DNA of 64,000 nucleotides, taken from contig JBLDXI010000026.1 of NCBI GenBank assembly GCA_047495785.1, positions 992,001 through 1,056,000 on the forward strand. Reading direction: 5' to 3'. How positions within the stretch are numbered: position 1 is the first letter of the stretch; every line of letters starts with the position of its first letter. Source of the DNA: Lepidodermella squamata (Eukaryota; Animalia; Gastrotricha). The notes beneath the pieces are model-generated. The model was not told where the DNA came from. It made no database searches and saw nothing but the letters and a program-made list of their open reading frames with translations. This document shows positions 1-12,094 of the stretch, in pieces. Position numbers and translations under genes: made by a program.

Positions 1-338
1 GTTAACGCTTAGGGCGAGAGGTTCCACGGGTGCAGTTCTAGGCCGCAGCGGAGAAGGGTTCCATGTGAACAGCATTTGAACATGGTCGGTCGTCAACCGG
101 TCGTAAGCGATAGGCGAATGCCGTTCTGAAAGCAGGCATCTAAAGCAGCGCTATAAATTATTTCCGACGTTTCGGTTATTTTCCAAGGTTATCAAAGAAA
201 GCAGGCTTGATTTCTTAAAAAATTCAATAAAGCCTGGTTTCGGTCGAAAGGGAATCGGGTTAATAGGGAATCTGGACGCGGAGATGGAGTCGTAGGCAAC
301 TGCGACTCAGTGTGGTGACGTAAACGATCTCTGATACG
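1..338 (+). pseudogene. Degenerate 28S (LSU) rRNA gene fragment, D7 region
   Basis: Conserved LSU blocks GGAGAAGGGTTCCATGTGAACAGCA.TTGAACATGG (50-85) and CGAAAGGGAATCGGGTTAATA (245-265). The flanking blocks carry deletions and similarity stops at about 340. Confidence 0.75.
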
Positions 339-1630
339 AAGTTTGGCATCCAAAATCGAAAGTCATGGCGCACTGCTAAAAGCCAGAGATTATCTCAAAA
401 AGCTACCAGCTGGAGTTTTTAATTTTCAGCCAATTTGGTGACGGCAAGAGGCCCTCCACGTTTTGAGTTGAAGCCAGTTGACGTGAACATTTGGCAGTTG
501 ACTGGGGGCAGAGTTCTATTTCGAAAGATGGCTGGTTATTTTCCCAACACACCACACCGGATCATTGTTAAATAATAAAAACTCAGGCTAGCGCTGATCT
601 GGATCCCGAAATAGAATCATTCTTCGAGACGGCAGTAGTTCTTAAGTAGGCGACGCTATAGCTCAAAACTCGGCTTATCGTCGAGCTGGTGGTTGTAAGT
701 TTCATTGACTGTCTTCACTTCAAAAAGTCAGCAAGGTCGGACAGACCGAGGCAGGATCCACGAATCATCATCGCGAAATGCAGCAATTATGCCCGAGGAA
801 ATGAAGCTTTATAAGAGTCTATGGGTGGTTGACTCATTCCAACATTTAGTCAACATTCGACAAGAATAGATCGATTGATGTTGATGAGTTCAGATTCTGA
901 TGCGAAAATCCAGCATCGAAAGTTATTCCGCGATCATAAATTGCGATATTTGTTCCATGTATTACTCGCGTTAACAAGGCGATATCAATGCATTAATTCA
1001 AGTCCCAGAATCGGTTCAAGATAAGTTCTGCAACCTATAACTCTTCAACAATCCATCTGCAGATCTGAAGAACGTCGTAGACATGCCTATGGCATGTTGA
1101 TGACAATTTGAGAACAATTGTCTGCTACTGACAATTTTTAAAGTACGAATTTACCTAAAATTCCTATTAAAATTGAAGATGAGGATGCTGGAACATGCAG
1201 CTTCTAACAAATTTTCCTTTGCAAACCACGCTTTGAACCAACTCTCATTGTTAGGGGCCATGGTTCCATCTCAAAACTCGTGTTATTCAACAATCAAAGC
1301 AAAAGTGTCATGATACAAAAAACCTGATTCGCAAGCAACTTTATTTAATTTATAGACATTCAATTCATTAGCAAACTAAGCACACATAGTGCATTAAAAG
1401 ATTGATAAAACGCGAGCAAAATCAAAATAATGCATGCATAGGTTAGCTCTTTTGAGGATTCAGCTTCAGTCAATGATCGCCAAATGCCACTGACCTGGCG
1501 ATATGCCGAGTTTAAAAGATCCAAGTCCAACGTCCGCGGATCTCCAACTCGAGTTCAATCGGTTATTGCCTAAGACAAGTTCGCTTTGAAGAATTCAGCG
1601 AGCAGTTAAGCTTTCTCAAGATCGCGTCGG

Positions 1631-1835
1631 CGCCGTGCAGTAATGTAGCTTAACCATGCTATTTGAACATGGGGAAATAAATTTTCTTAATTTGACGAAT
1701 TTTAGCTCGAAACCGGTGTCATACTGACCGCCTTGATGCGGGGATGAAGAATATGTATTATTTGTGGCATTTCGAGCGTTCAGTGTCAAGTTACAGCTGT
1801 TTGAGCGATTTTTCGTCCGCGTACTGTTATTATTA

Positions 1836-1878
<43 letters not shown>

Positions 1879-1905
1879 ATATGCATATGCTTATATGATG
1901 GCCGC
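1631..1905. repeat. Interspersed repeat copy 1, containing (TAT)n and (GT)19
   Basis: Reverse complement of 11857-12094; the first ~115 bp are nearly identical. (GT)n lies at 1839-1876. Confidence 0.85.
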
Positions 1906-4585
1906 ATGTAGCAGAAATAATTACCTACGGTGTTTACGCATTCCGCGAACGACGATTTTCATCTATTTGGCCATTCCGAGTGTTAAGTTAAGTACTCTAC
2001 CAGTTTCGACTAATGGGGAATTTGAATTTTCACGATGATTACTTGTTATCCGAAGGCGATAAACCGAAAAATTAATCAACCAAGAATTATCGCTACATAT
2101 CGAATCAATAATCCTGGGCATTGCCAGAAGCATTGCCATCGTCTTCGGTGACGTTGATTTGATTATTCCAGCATCGTTTCTATAGCCTTGAACTTGGTCT
2201 AAGAAGATCTAAACTTGACTTGAATGAAACTGATAATTTGCCATTTTGGTGGTGGACGAAAATGGGGTCCCCCACAGAGCAGCAGGCTTCAAAGCAGGGA
2301 AAACGCACTAAACAGTCCTCTCGGCAAGCGTTCAGGCTTAGCTAGAACCTAAAATTCACTCGTCAAACAGGCTACGCCAAACATCCTATGGAGTTTACAG
2401 GGGTTATCGCCCATGGGGAATCTAAATATTTGGAAATCAACAGCGCCTCAGCTATTACCGCTGCATAAAAGGTCATAACGGGTTGGAATGAAATAAAATC
2501 GAATAATCAAGCAATCAAAAGCTATTGGTAACTGTCGAATCGATAATTCTGACTGCCAATTGGATATAACCAGATTCTTCGGCGGCCTCGATTTAACTAA
2601 TCTAGTTTATTTTTCCGATGATTTTAAAGCCCTGTAATTCGTACCGAGGGCTCGCAGGCGTCAAAAACTTTGAATCGTTTGATATCGGTTGCCATTTCAT
2701 TGCTTGAAATGCATATTCAAGTAGCTTTTCAGATACAATGGGTGCAATTAGCCGCTCTGAGTGGTTCTTTGCGTTTAAATTTCTCTTATTCTCACATATT
2801 GATCCGTTGATGATGACCAAAGAAGGCAATGGTAAACCATAAACAATGAAATTTATTTCTTCGAGGTACGTACGGAGAGTAAAAATATCCATTATAACAA
2901 AAAATATCATCATGCGAGTTTGAATATCATCAGTCTATCAATCAATCAATCAATCAATCACATAATATTAGCAGATGAGCTTTAGTCTTTAGTCTTCTTC
3001 CAGCCTGGACTGGGATTTGCTTAATGTAACTTATGATGCCGCTTTCATAAGTCTAATTGAGTTCATGCCAACTTCATTTGCTTCACCACTTCGAATCAAA
3101 TCACTCAGAGCTCACCTTTCAAAATGCTAAGATCGCTAGAATCGAGATCGAAATTTGTTGTCGAATGTCGAATGGCTGATCGAAAACTTTGTCCTGGTCC
3201 ATCGTACCACGTTTTCAGCTTAGAAAAGGTGAAACGTCACTTAGCAATTTGGCATTTATCGTTAGCAACCCGCCAAAACAACCACTTTACTATTTATAGC
3301 TTTTTTATGGAAAGTACGTTCGACTTTTGAACGTAAATTCAAATTACGATGAGTACGATCAGTGCTCAAAAAGCCGAACGTACTCCCTCTTTACGTTCGG
3401 CTCGTCATAGTACGATCAAATGAGTCATCAAAGTGGTTGTTTTGGCGCGTCGCTAACGTTATTAAACAAAAAAGTAATGAAGTGTATCTATTACCTGCAT
3501 CTTCTTAGCAGAACATTCTTGTGCAGACCAGAAAACAAATCTCCGCTTTCCAAGTCGATATACTTATATTTGAACCCAACGAATTTTGAGACGGGGGATC
3601 GCAAGTTCGTATCGCCGAATGACATTTGTTTATTTCCATAGTTCGATCCAGAAAGGAGATTGGAAATTAATCAAACCAATCGAGCAAATCGGGTTGAAAG
3701 CTTATTGATCGAATTCGCCAATTACGTGATATTGCCCTTTGCTCCATCGCCACCACTAATACTTGGCTTCAAATCGCCGGATCGAAGAAATTTCGAGCAT
3801 CAGCTAAATAAACGAGCCAATCAGCCTCAATCCGAATTGGTCTGAGTTAGCTGTTGAAAGCTAGCATGAGGCCTGGTTAATCTCGTTGGTTAATCAGAAG
3901 CCTGGAAGACTTCTAAAATTGAAATTAGAAGCGAGCCCCGTCGTGCTAAAAATATTGCTGAAAATCGCAAAATAATATACTCACCACAAGTACGCACCAG
4001 AAGAAAATTTGATCCGTTTAAAACGTGTGATATAGATGGAAATTTTCATCCCACCTCGCTCTGAGCCTTTCTCTGAACCCAACTTTTACAAAGCAAATAT
4101 TATTCTCTAAGCAGGAAAATGGAGCAACAAAGGCACTTAGAAAGTTGACTCCCTAGCGAAATAAATTGCACATTCCATCACACTTTGCAATGTTGTTTAT
4201 TGAAAGGAGATTGAGCTTGGATTTTGGACAAATCAATGAAATGAGGTTTATAGTTCAAGTATGTAGTACGTGGTACATGATATTCCTATAGGCAGAGTAG
4301 GAAAATTTAAACTCACATCTAATGACAACCAATGACAATAACAATGGAAAACGAAATATGCGCGGCTCGATAACAAGATAATAACAACATGATAACAAAC
4401 TCTTGGCATGAGAACAAGATGCGCAAATCAAAACAATTTGGTCTATACAACTTCAAGAATGTGTTATCCGAAACTAAAAAAAACTATAAGGAAAATTAGT
4501 TTTCGCCGCATTTTCAACGCGTCCAGGCATGTTAGGGTTGCATAGTGTTTGATTGCAAATGCCTGCCCTCATACCTCATACTTTG

Positions 4586-5341
4586 GGGATTCCGCCGTTT
4601 CAGATTCCATACGCCATGAAATGCTTCCCAAGCAATTGCTTCCAAAGCAACTGCTTCCAAAGTAACTGCTTCCAAAGCAACTGCTTCCCAAGCAGCACGC
4701 TTAGAGAGCACTGCTTCACAAGCATTGCTTCCCAATCAGCTGCTTCCCAAGCAACTGATTCCCAAGCAACTGATTCCCAAGCAATTGATTGGGAAGCACT
4801 ACTTTTCGAGCAAGCTGGATTTTTAGGAAATGCGCTATTTAGCTTCGTTACCGCAGTTTGCGAGCCATCCGTTGCTTGATCAACCAACCGATCGATTAAC
4901 GAATTCAACAGTAAAAATAAAAAGTAAATGGAAAATAAGTACGTTTTATTTCAAATCTGAATGGAGGGCGGCCAGGGCAAGGGATGGTTTGATCGAGAAG
5001 CATTAGTTCGGAATCTAACCTAACAATCTAATTATTGACTTTACATGCGATTTACAGTGATTGCTTTTGTGGAGCGGCGAAAAAGTGAACAGTTCGTAAC
5101 TCTGCTTGGGAAGCATTTGCTTGGGAAGCAACTGCTTCAGAAGCAGTGATTGATAGGCCATTTTGGTTTACCTGCTTGGGAAGCACTTTGCTTCTAGAGC
5201 AGTGATTGGGAAGCAGTTGCTTTGGAAGCAATTGCTTGGGAAGCAGTTGCTTTGGAAGCAATTGCTTGGGAAGCAGTTGCTTTGGAAGCAATTGCTTGGG
5301 AAGCATTTCATGGCGTACGGAATCTGAAACGGCGGGATTCC
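4586..5341. mobile_element. Foldback-like non-autonomous element with long inverted arms built of 15-bp subrepeats
   Basis: The left arm (gggattccgccgtttcagattccatacgccatgaaatgcttcccaagc...) is the reverse complement of 5280-5341. The arms consist of tandem AAGCAAYTGCTT+NNN units. No clear target-site duplication (TSD). Confidence 0.8.
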
Positions 5342-5673
5342 AGGTCAAAAGTTGCAAGTTCGATAGCAAGAGAAGAGAGCGCGAAACATTTCGAAATGAC
5401 AAGCCCGCTCAATGTTTTCATCCGAATTTTAAAAAAGCCGGAAGGGCATTCATAAACAAATTATTTATGTATTATGTAAATTAAATCGATTAAAAAAAGC
5501 ACGAAGCACGTGATCCATCTTCGAAAAAACTGTGGTCGTCGAAGAGCGGCTTCGAAAATCTTGAAATCTTACAATCTTATCTTGAACGTAACCCGCTTTA
5601 TCTGCCATTAAGGTTGCTAGATTACTAGTTTATAGGAAAATAAAAAAAGCTGTGGAGCCCTGTAAGTTAAGAA

Positions 5674-5814
5674 GTTACGAGTGGAAAACAAGTATAAAGA
5701 GAACTTGTTACGACTACAAAACAAGCAGGAGAACTTGTTACGACTACAAAACAAGCGGGAGAACTTGTTACGACTACAAAACAAGCAGGAGACTTTGTTA
5801 CGAGTAGAAAACAA
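5674..5814. repeat. 30-bp minisatellite (~4.5 copies)
   Basis: GAGAACTTGTTACGACTACAAAACAAGCAG repeated in tandem. Confidence 0.9.
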
Positions 5815-6039
5815 TTAGGGGAACTGAGTCGTTTTTATTTCTGCGGTCTGCCCCCGGGAGAGTAGTTGATTTTTTTTCATTTTCTAAGCAGGGATGCGTC
5901 AAATCTCGAACCAAATCTCGAAGAGCTCGCTTGCAATGTGGCAGAAACAAGGTTGTTTCAAATAGAAATAGAAGAGATTGCTACTGAGCGGCAAAAATGT
6001 GCAAACTTAGTATTTTTCAATAGCCCGCGTTTGTTTTAA

Positions 6040-6172
6040 CGCTGTTTTAATGTTGTTTCAATGTTGCATGGGCTGTTTCAATGTTGTTTCAATATTGCAA
6101 TGGCTGTTTCAATGTTGTTTCAATGTTGCAATGGCTGTTTCAATGTTGTTTCAATGTTATAATTGCTGTTTT
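6040..6172. repeat. Minisatellite of 10-bp subunits with a 30-bp higher-order repeat
   Basis: Tandem TGTTTCAATGTTGTTTCAATGTTGCAATGGC-like units. Confidence 0.85.
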
Positions 6173-6589
6173 AATCTTCTAATAAGGTAGCAATCGTGAA
6201 CCAATCGTAAACATGAGTTAAGTCAGTTAAGTTCAGCAAAGATTTGGCTCCGTTCTCCGTTACTGACCCTGCTCAGTTGCGCCAAATTACTGAAAATGCT
6301 CGACATAAGGAAATATTACGTGTTGAGGAACTTTATTGGAGCTTCTTTTCTGATTTTCGCCGAAAACCCAATTATATGCGCACATTTTCTTTCTTCCCTC
6401 ATTCATAATAACTAGTGAGGGTTATTTTAGAAACTGTCTTTATGTTGGTTATATCGACTCTTATCGATCGTTGGTTTCATTCGTGATTTGAAATTACAAT
6501 GCACCCTGAATCTATTACGGAAAATACGGTATGTTTCATTTCAGGCTGCTGGCTTTTTGTTGAGATTGGTGTTGGGAGCCAGATTTAAT

Positions 6590-7327
6590 AGTTAGTTGTA
6601 GACCAAGTGATCTGCAGCGTTTTTCGGTCGAGATATTTGGCAGCGATTCTCAACGCAAATAGACCGCTACGAGTTTTGTTCCTAATCACTTTCAAATGAT
6701 CCTCGAAGCACATCTTGTTATCAAGAGTGAAACCTAAGATTTTGAACGACGATGTTGTTTAAATCGAGCGATTGTCAATTCTGATATCGAATTTGGTGGG
6801 GAATGTGTGTTATAGTCAGCTGGTAGCACGTCAACTGGGACTTTTTACCACTGACTATAAGGCTATTTGAAGCAAGCCAATCGCTTGAAGTTCTCTCTGA
6901 ATTTTTTCTACATCTTTACCCGAGTGATAAACTTTGGTGTCGTCGGCAAACTGAATCAATTGAGCATAACGAATAGTTGAGGCCATCTCGTTGATGTATA
7001 GTGTAAATAATAGCGGTCCTAGTACGCTACCTTGTGGTACTCCGTACAAAATTGGCGCTTGGTCTGATAGAGTGCTATTAGTTGTGGTGAACTGAGATCG
7101 TTCCGAAAGATAGTTTCTGATGAGGTCTACTACTTCGGAGGAAAAACTAGTGCTTCCAAGCGATCTGTAAACTCCGTCATGATGTGATGAGGCGAACGCC
7201 TTACTTAAGTCAATGGCAACAACAAGAGTAGTTTGTCCTAATTCATGGACCTTACGCCAGTCGTTCGTCAATTTTGCTAAGCAACTGTCGGTTGCGTGGT
7301 ATTTGCGAAAACCGAATTGGCCAGTTG
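6590..7327 (-). mobile_element. Non-LTR retrotransposon (CR1/L2-like) reverse transcriptase remnant
   Basis: Motifs QFGFRK, IDLSKAF, GVPQGSVLGPLLF and FADD, plus a downstream LGFTLDNKMCF..H block. Broken by stops and frameshifts. Confidence 0.9.
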
Positions 7328-8292
7328 CAGTGATTTTTTAAGGGGTTTACAGGTTTACATTGTAAACACCAAAACGCCCAACTGTAAACACCAAAAATTT
7401 GTTAACACTTTTAAAAATTAAATTTATTTATCCCTCTCATGGCACCTCTCGTGTCAACTTCAACTTGAAGTTGTTAAAAATTAGATATTGGATATGATGT
7501 GTTCCTTAATTTGGATGGAAAGGCAGCGTTCGAATGTTCGTTCTTGAGATCGGTGAAAGAATCGAAATCGGGCGAAAATGTCCTACATCTGATTTTGAGC
7601 CACCCTTGTGTAGCGGGCTAACTATTGCTACCTTCCATCAGTGTTTTTCTTAAGGAAAAGTTCGGTGTTTACCCAAACAGTTCGGTGTTTACACCTATCG
7701 GCCTTATATGTACCGGAATTTTTCGGTATAAAATTGCGGGAAATGTATACCGAAAATAGCATTGCCTTCTATCTACAACTATTAGAACCAGCGGCTGAAA
7801 TTGGGATAACAAAAATTAAGAATTTGCGAGCGAAGCGAGCTTAAATTTCGATTTTATGTTGGAATTTGTGCTGAGAATAGCCTAAAATTGCTCTAAAATA
7901 ACAAAGATACTTCAAAATAAGTTGATGAAATCATCGCAGTTCATACTTCAGGCGCGATGATACTCCGCAGGAATGTTTGCTTAATAATCTTCACCATCAA
8001 ATTCGAAAAATTCGCCTTACCAATTTGAAGTAGTGGTGTAGTACCAACTGTGTGAGGCGAAGACCATAGTCAAAGACGCGAGAAACGAATCCACTTATGC
8101 AGTAACACATGTGCGAGCGAAGCGAGCAGAAACATTTAACATTTTAAAGGTATTTTAGGATAATTTCAACGTCGAAAATGCATGAGATGAGAGAGTTAGC
8201 AAGTTTCCAGACCAAGGTGCTTTACAGGCACGGGCAGGTTTTGGATTTCGGTGTTTACATTGTAAACCGTGTAAACCCCTTAAAAAACACTG
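7328..8292. mobile_element. hAT-like MITE (~965 bp) abutting the LINE remnant
   Basis: About 40-bp terminal inverted repeats (TIRs): CAGTG(A)TTTTTTAAGGGGTTTACA.GGTTTACA.TGTAAACACC. Internal GCGAGCGAAGCGAGC motifs. TSD not intact. Confidence 0.8.
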
Positions 8293-9231
8293 CTTCCATT
8301 GTTTAGGAATCAAATCTGAGTCAATGATCGAATTAAATAGAATTAGCAGATGAGGCCTTAATGCTCTAATTTCAAAATTGATTCGGGAATTTCGTCGTAG
8401 CCGGTTGTAGTCTTGTAAAATGGAATCTTGGAATCTTGGAAAATGCCTGATTTAGTTCATTGTCCTTTATATGCATGAATGAAAATGATTTAAAGCCGTC
8501 AGGTTATTTGCGGTAACTTCCAACAAAATTTCGTATCTCGACCTGCTTCTACTGCCTCGTTACGCCACTTATCACGCCTCGCCTTGCGAATTTTTCTATG
8601 CTCCTGTCTCTGTTAGTTGAGCGAATGAAATGATGATTTGTGTTTCCGACGTCGATTTCTGTTTGTTTTTCTAACCGACAACGGTGCAAGTTTGTCTAAA
8701 GCCGAAATGATTGCGTTCTGGATCCGTTCGCAATAGGCCTGCGAAGTTTTATTATCTAAGATGCCCGTAATTCCTAGTTTTTTGCTGATTTCGTAGTTAC
8801 GCGAATAACTATTGATCGACTTCAGATTACGAAATTTGGTTTCAACAGTGGTGCGATTTGCGATAATTAATAATATATTTCATCCACTGTAGATCATTTA
8901 CGTTTTGCTGTTTACGTTTTACGACTCGAGTTGGTGTACCGAAGAAACGATAGGTATATTATGTACTTATGCTTTTTTGCCAAATTACTCTTGGATTATT
9001 ATAATAGGATTTTAGGAGAGATTGAGTTCGGAGAGGAGCGAGCTTTGCTAGAGCTATAGCTGGGCAGCGGTTGTTCCAATGAAATGCTTTGAAAAAGCTG
9101 CATACGATGGAATTTCGCGATTCGACAGAGAAACCAGGGAACCAAAGGACCGGTGGCTGTGAATTTCCCAATTCGTCATCAAATCACCCGGTACGCCAAA
9201 TTCAAAATGAAAAATAATCAACAATTACCTG

Positions 9232-9268
9232 TTAGTTTTAGTTAGTTTTAGTTAGTTTTAGTTAGTTA
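9232..9268. repeat. Simple repeat (TTAGTTAGTT)n
   Basis: Direct tandem repeat. Confidence 0.8.
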
Positions 9269-10640
9269 CATGGGTAGTTGGTGTGGGGCACCGTCATTAT
9301 AGCGGCGACAAAATGGATGGCGAAGGCATCCGTAGGCGGTTTATTTCAATCGGCAATAGAGCGCTTTTTACGTAAATCAACTGTGGAGCTACGATCTTGC
9401 CATACCTTGCGCGGTATAAACGCGAGCTATTATTCACCCGCAAATGTGTGGAAGCTCGCTATTCCAGTGGTGCACAAGCGCGGGTTTTTTGGCGGGCGGC
9501 TGGCCTTGAAGCCTGTTTGCGGCCGAGGCTTGTGCTAACAAATATTTAGTTTATTTGGATGGGTCATCCATATTTAAAATCTGTTTCAGGAGTCGAGAAG
9601 CAATAGCCTCGCGGTATTTTGGCAAATTTTTACGAGTGAAATGATGGCTAAAATTTGTGACTAGAGAAGACGATAAATGACCAATCGAGTTAGTTTTAGC
9701 GGGTTTTTTCACCCTCGAGTTTTTTCACCCTCTATCCAAGAAGAAGATATTTGTTCCAGTAGTAGCCTAGGGCTGAGGGGTCAAGTCGGTTCGAAAACGT
9801 CAAAAATTAACCATTCGCAAAAAATTGATTTTCGAGGGATTGAGACTTGCGCGAATATATTTTCGATTGGGCTGTTGTCTGTTGTTATAACAAATACGGT
9901 AAATCTAAAACCTTCTTGTCTTTTCTTTTAGACTGAACGAACACCTATGATGGTGGCCAATGATGGTTTCGCTTTTGTATCTGTCTTTGATGTCGAATGT
10001 CGAAGTCAGATTTCTACGAAATGGGCACTGGATCAGAGATTTAACGACTTGCCTCCAATCAACGCGAATCCAAACGCGAATATCGTTTTCCAAACTTGAC
10101 TATGTTTCTGTTTCGATATTGTGCTTAGCTGCTATTCTGCATAAATCTGTTGAATATATGACTAGCAAATCGGCAAATAATAATAATATTAATTTTGAAG
10201 TAAAACGTTGTTGACCGAACGTGTTTAGTCGTGTTGATAATTTTTTAAGCGTTTTTCGGCAGCATCTCATTATATTTGAAGAGTAACAGTGCATCAATAC
10301 CAATGAAAATTTACTAGGGCGAATTTCGCGTCGTCTCGTTTATGGCAGCCAGCAACGATTAGATTCCGCGCTTTTTAGAGAGACCGACAGCATTTAAGAG
10401 TAGAGAGAAGCGGATTGATTTTGCAAAACGATCCGATCTTTGATCGTTAATTATATTCGTCAAAACTATTTATTGAACAAATGAAATGAGCAAATGAAAA
10501 CTTTTTATTTTTCGTCCTCCTCGGCTGTAAACAATGTGATGCCAATATAAACAAGCCTTACCCGTGAGGGTTTAGAGGACGGCTGACGACGAGAGTTCAG
10601 CTTCAGGAACGGTCGCGAACAATCTGCTTTTTCCCTAATG

Positions 10641-10970
10641 CTAATTCTCTATGCTGTTACATAAAAGCTGCCATTGTTCCCGGTCTCTAGCTGTTATTTC
10701 CGCCAATTCTAAATCCGGATTTTTCTGAATTTCGGTGCGTCGCATCAAAAGCGTTGATTTACGGGGTCGCCCTCGTTTTTTGGGTTCATTAGGATCCCTG
10801 ATACGTTTTTCATGTATATGAAAAATTCCAATTTTTAGCAGGCTTCTTCGGAGGCTGTCAGACAAACGGCTTGGCGGCCTGCCGCGAGGCAAGTACCAAC
10901 TCGGGTCGACCGCTTTCCAGTAGTACATTATACTCGTGAGACTTTCAGGGTCGTATTCACCCTGCCGAAT
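10641..10970 (-). mobile_element. 3' end of an RTE-clade LINE ORF
   Basis: W...PRGRPPSRLSDSL...ARDREQW matches the typical RTE C-terminal pattern (RGRP..RW.D ... A.DR..W). Truncated by the MITE at 10973. Confidence 0.65.
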
Positions 10971-10972
10971 TA

Positions 10973-11565
10973 CCGTAATTTGGGGTGACTTTGGTTAGTG
11001 GGGTGACATTGGCATAGGTTTTTGCGATCGACTTTCAATCAATAAAATCTTGGCTAATCAATATGCAAACCCCCTCAGTATGCGGATTTCGCTGGAAAGC
11101 CAGTAACGAGTAGAAACAGATAGTGCAGTCCAAGTAACTATCAGGTACAAGCATGACAAGTAGTGGACAGGTAACGGTGGTCAATGTCACCCGAAACACA
11201 TGTTAGATGCTGATGGGGTGACTTTGTACCACTCAAATATCGGATAGCCTGTAAACAGAGTGGTTCGAAAATGACATTCGATTTCGATTTCGATCGCATG
11301 GATTCCTTTGGTTAGTCACCCAAATTCTACCAGAAATCGAACTTTTAAAAGAAAATGCCCCCTAACTTTACCTGTCATTTTATACTCGGTAATAAGTCGG
11401 ATTGGTGTACATGGTACACATCTAGGCCTGGCTTTCCTTGGGCTATCCAGCGGTATCCCACTCATGGGGTCTTCGCCTTACCGGCTTCGATATTTGAGTG
11501 GCCAAAGTCACCCCTTTTTGACATGTCAAAGTCACCCCACTGGCCAAAGTCACCCCAAATTACGG
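10973..11565. mobile_element. TA-flanked MITE (Tc1/mariner/pogo-like)
   Basis: TIRs CCGTAATTTGGGGTGACTTTGG..AGTGGGGTGAC(A/T)TTG at both ends, flanked by TA. Internal GGGGTGACTTTG subrepeats. Confidence 0.9.
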
Positions 11566-11856
11566 TATATGGCCAAAATTTTTCAGACGACATTTTTCAA
11601 TCAATTTACTCAATTCCATTACGTCGCCGATTAGTCTAATATCTACATTAGGAATATAGTCCGTTCTAAACAGACCCATAACAGACCCATAAGCCAGCGC
11701 ATAAAAATTACATTTAGCCTTTGTTCTTGTTGGGTGGTCAGTTTCCAGGTTTCGCAGGTTGAAAACTATTTATTGTTGATCGAGAGAACATTTAGGCTAA
11801 TGGCTTCTATTTCTCTTGCAATAAATATTAGGTAAAAAATATGCGCCCGCGCAAGA

Positions 11857-12094
11857 GGCCGCCATTTGCATAATATATGCACACACTAATAATAATAATA
11901 CTACGCCGTTTGAAACTCGTTCAAATAGCTATAACTTGACCCCAGATAGCCCAAGTAAATCAAATTTTACATATTCTACATCCCCGCATCAAGACGGTCA
12001 GTTTGACACCGGTTTCGAGCTAAAATTCGTCAAATTAAGAAAATTTATTTTCCCATGTTCAAATAGCATGGTTAAGCTACATTACTGCACGGCG
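11857..12094. repeat. Interspersed repeat copy 2 (inverted relative to 1631-1905)
   Basis: Reverse-complement match to copy 1; the microsatellite is short in this copy. Confidence 0.85.

Noticed and set aside
150-205. Possible Penelope-type hammerhead ribozyme on the minus strand (TTGATAA...CGAAACGTCGG)
   Set aside because: The CUGANGA core is mismatched and stem II does not pair.
1841-2038. ORF MCVCVCVC...
   Set aside because: Translation of a GT microsatellite.
840-2930. Decayed coding-like frames (e.g. STSIDLFLSN resembling an APE endonuclease end; ORF 2602-2913)
   Set aside because: Many stops and no second supporting motif.
4532-5484. Pentapeptide-repeat ORFs (SNCFQ, KQLLP, EAIAW)
   Set aside because: By-products of a stop-free 15-bp repeat read in several frames on both strands.
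5674-5814. CRISPR-like 30-bp repeats
   Set aside because: Head-to-tail repeats with no spacers, no cas genes, and a eukaryotic context.
10575-10625. Hammerhead-like CTGACGA...CGAAC next to the RTE end
   Set aside because: GAAC instead of GAAA, and no convincing stems I or III.
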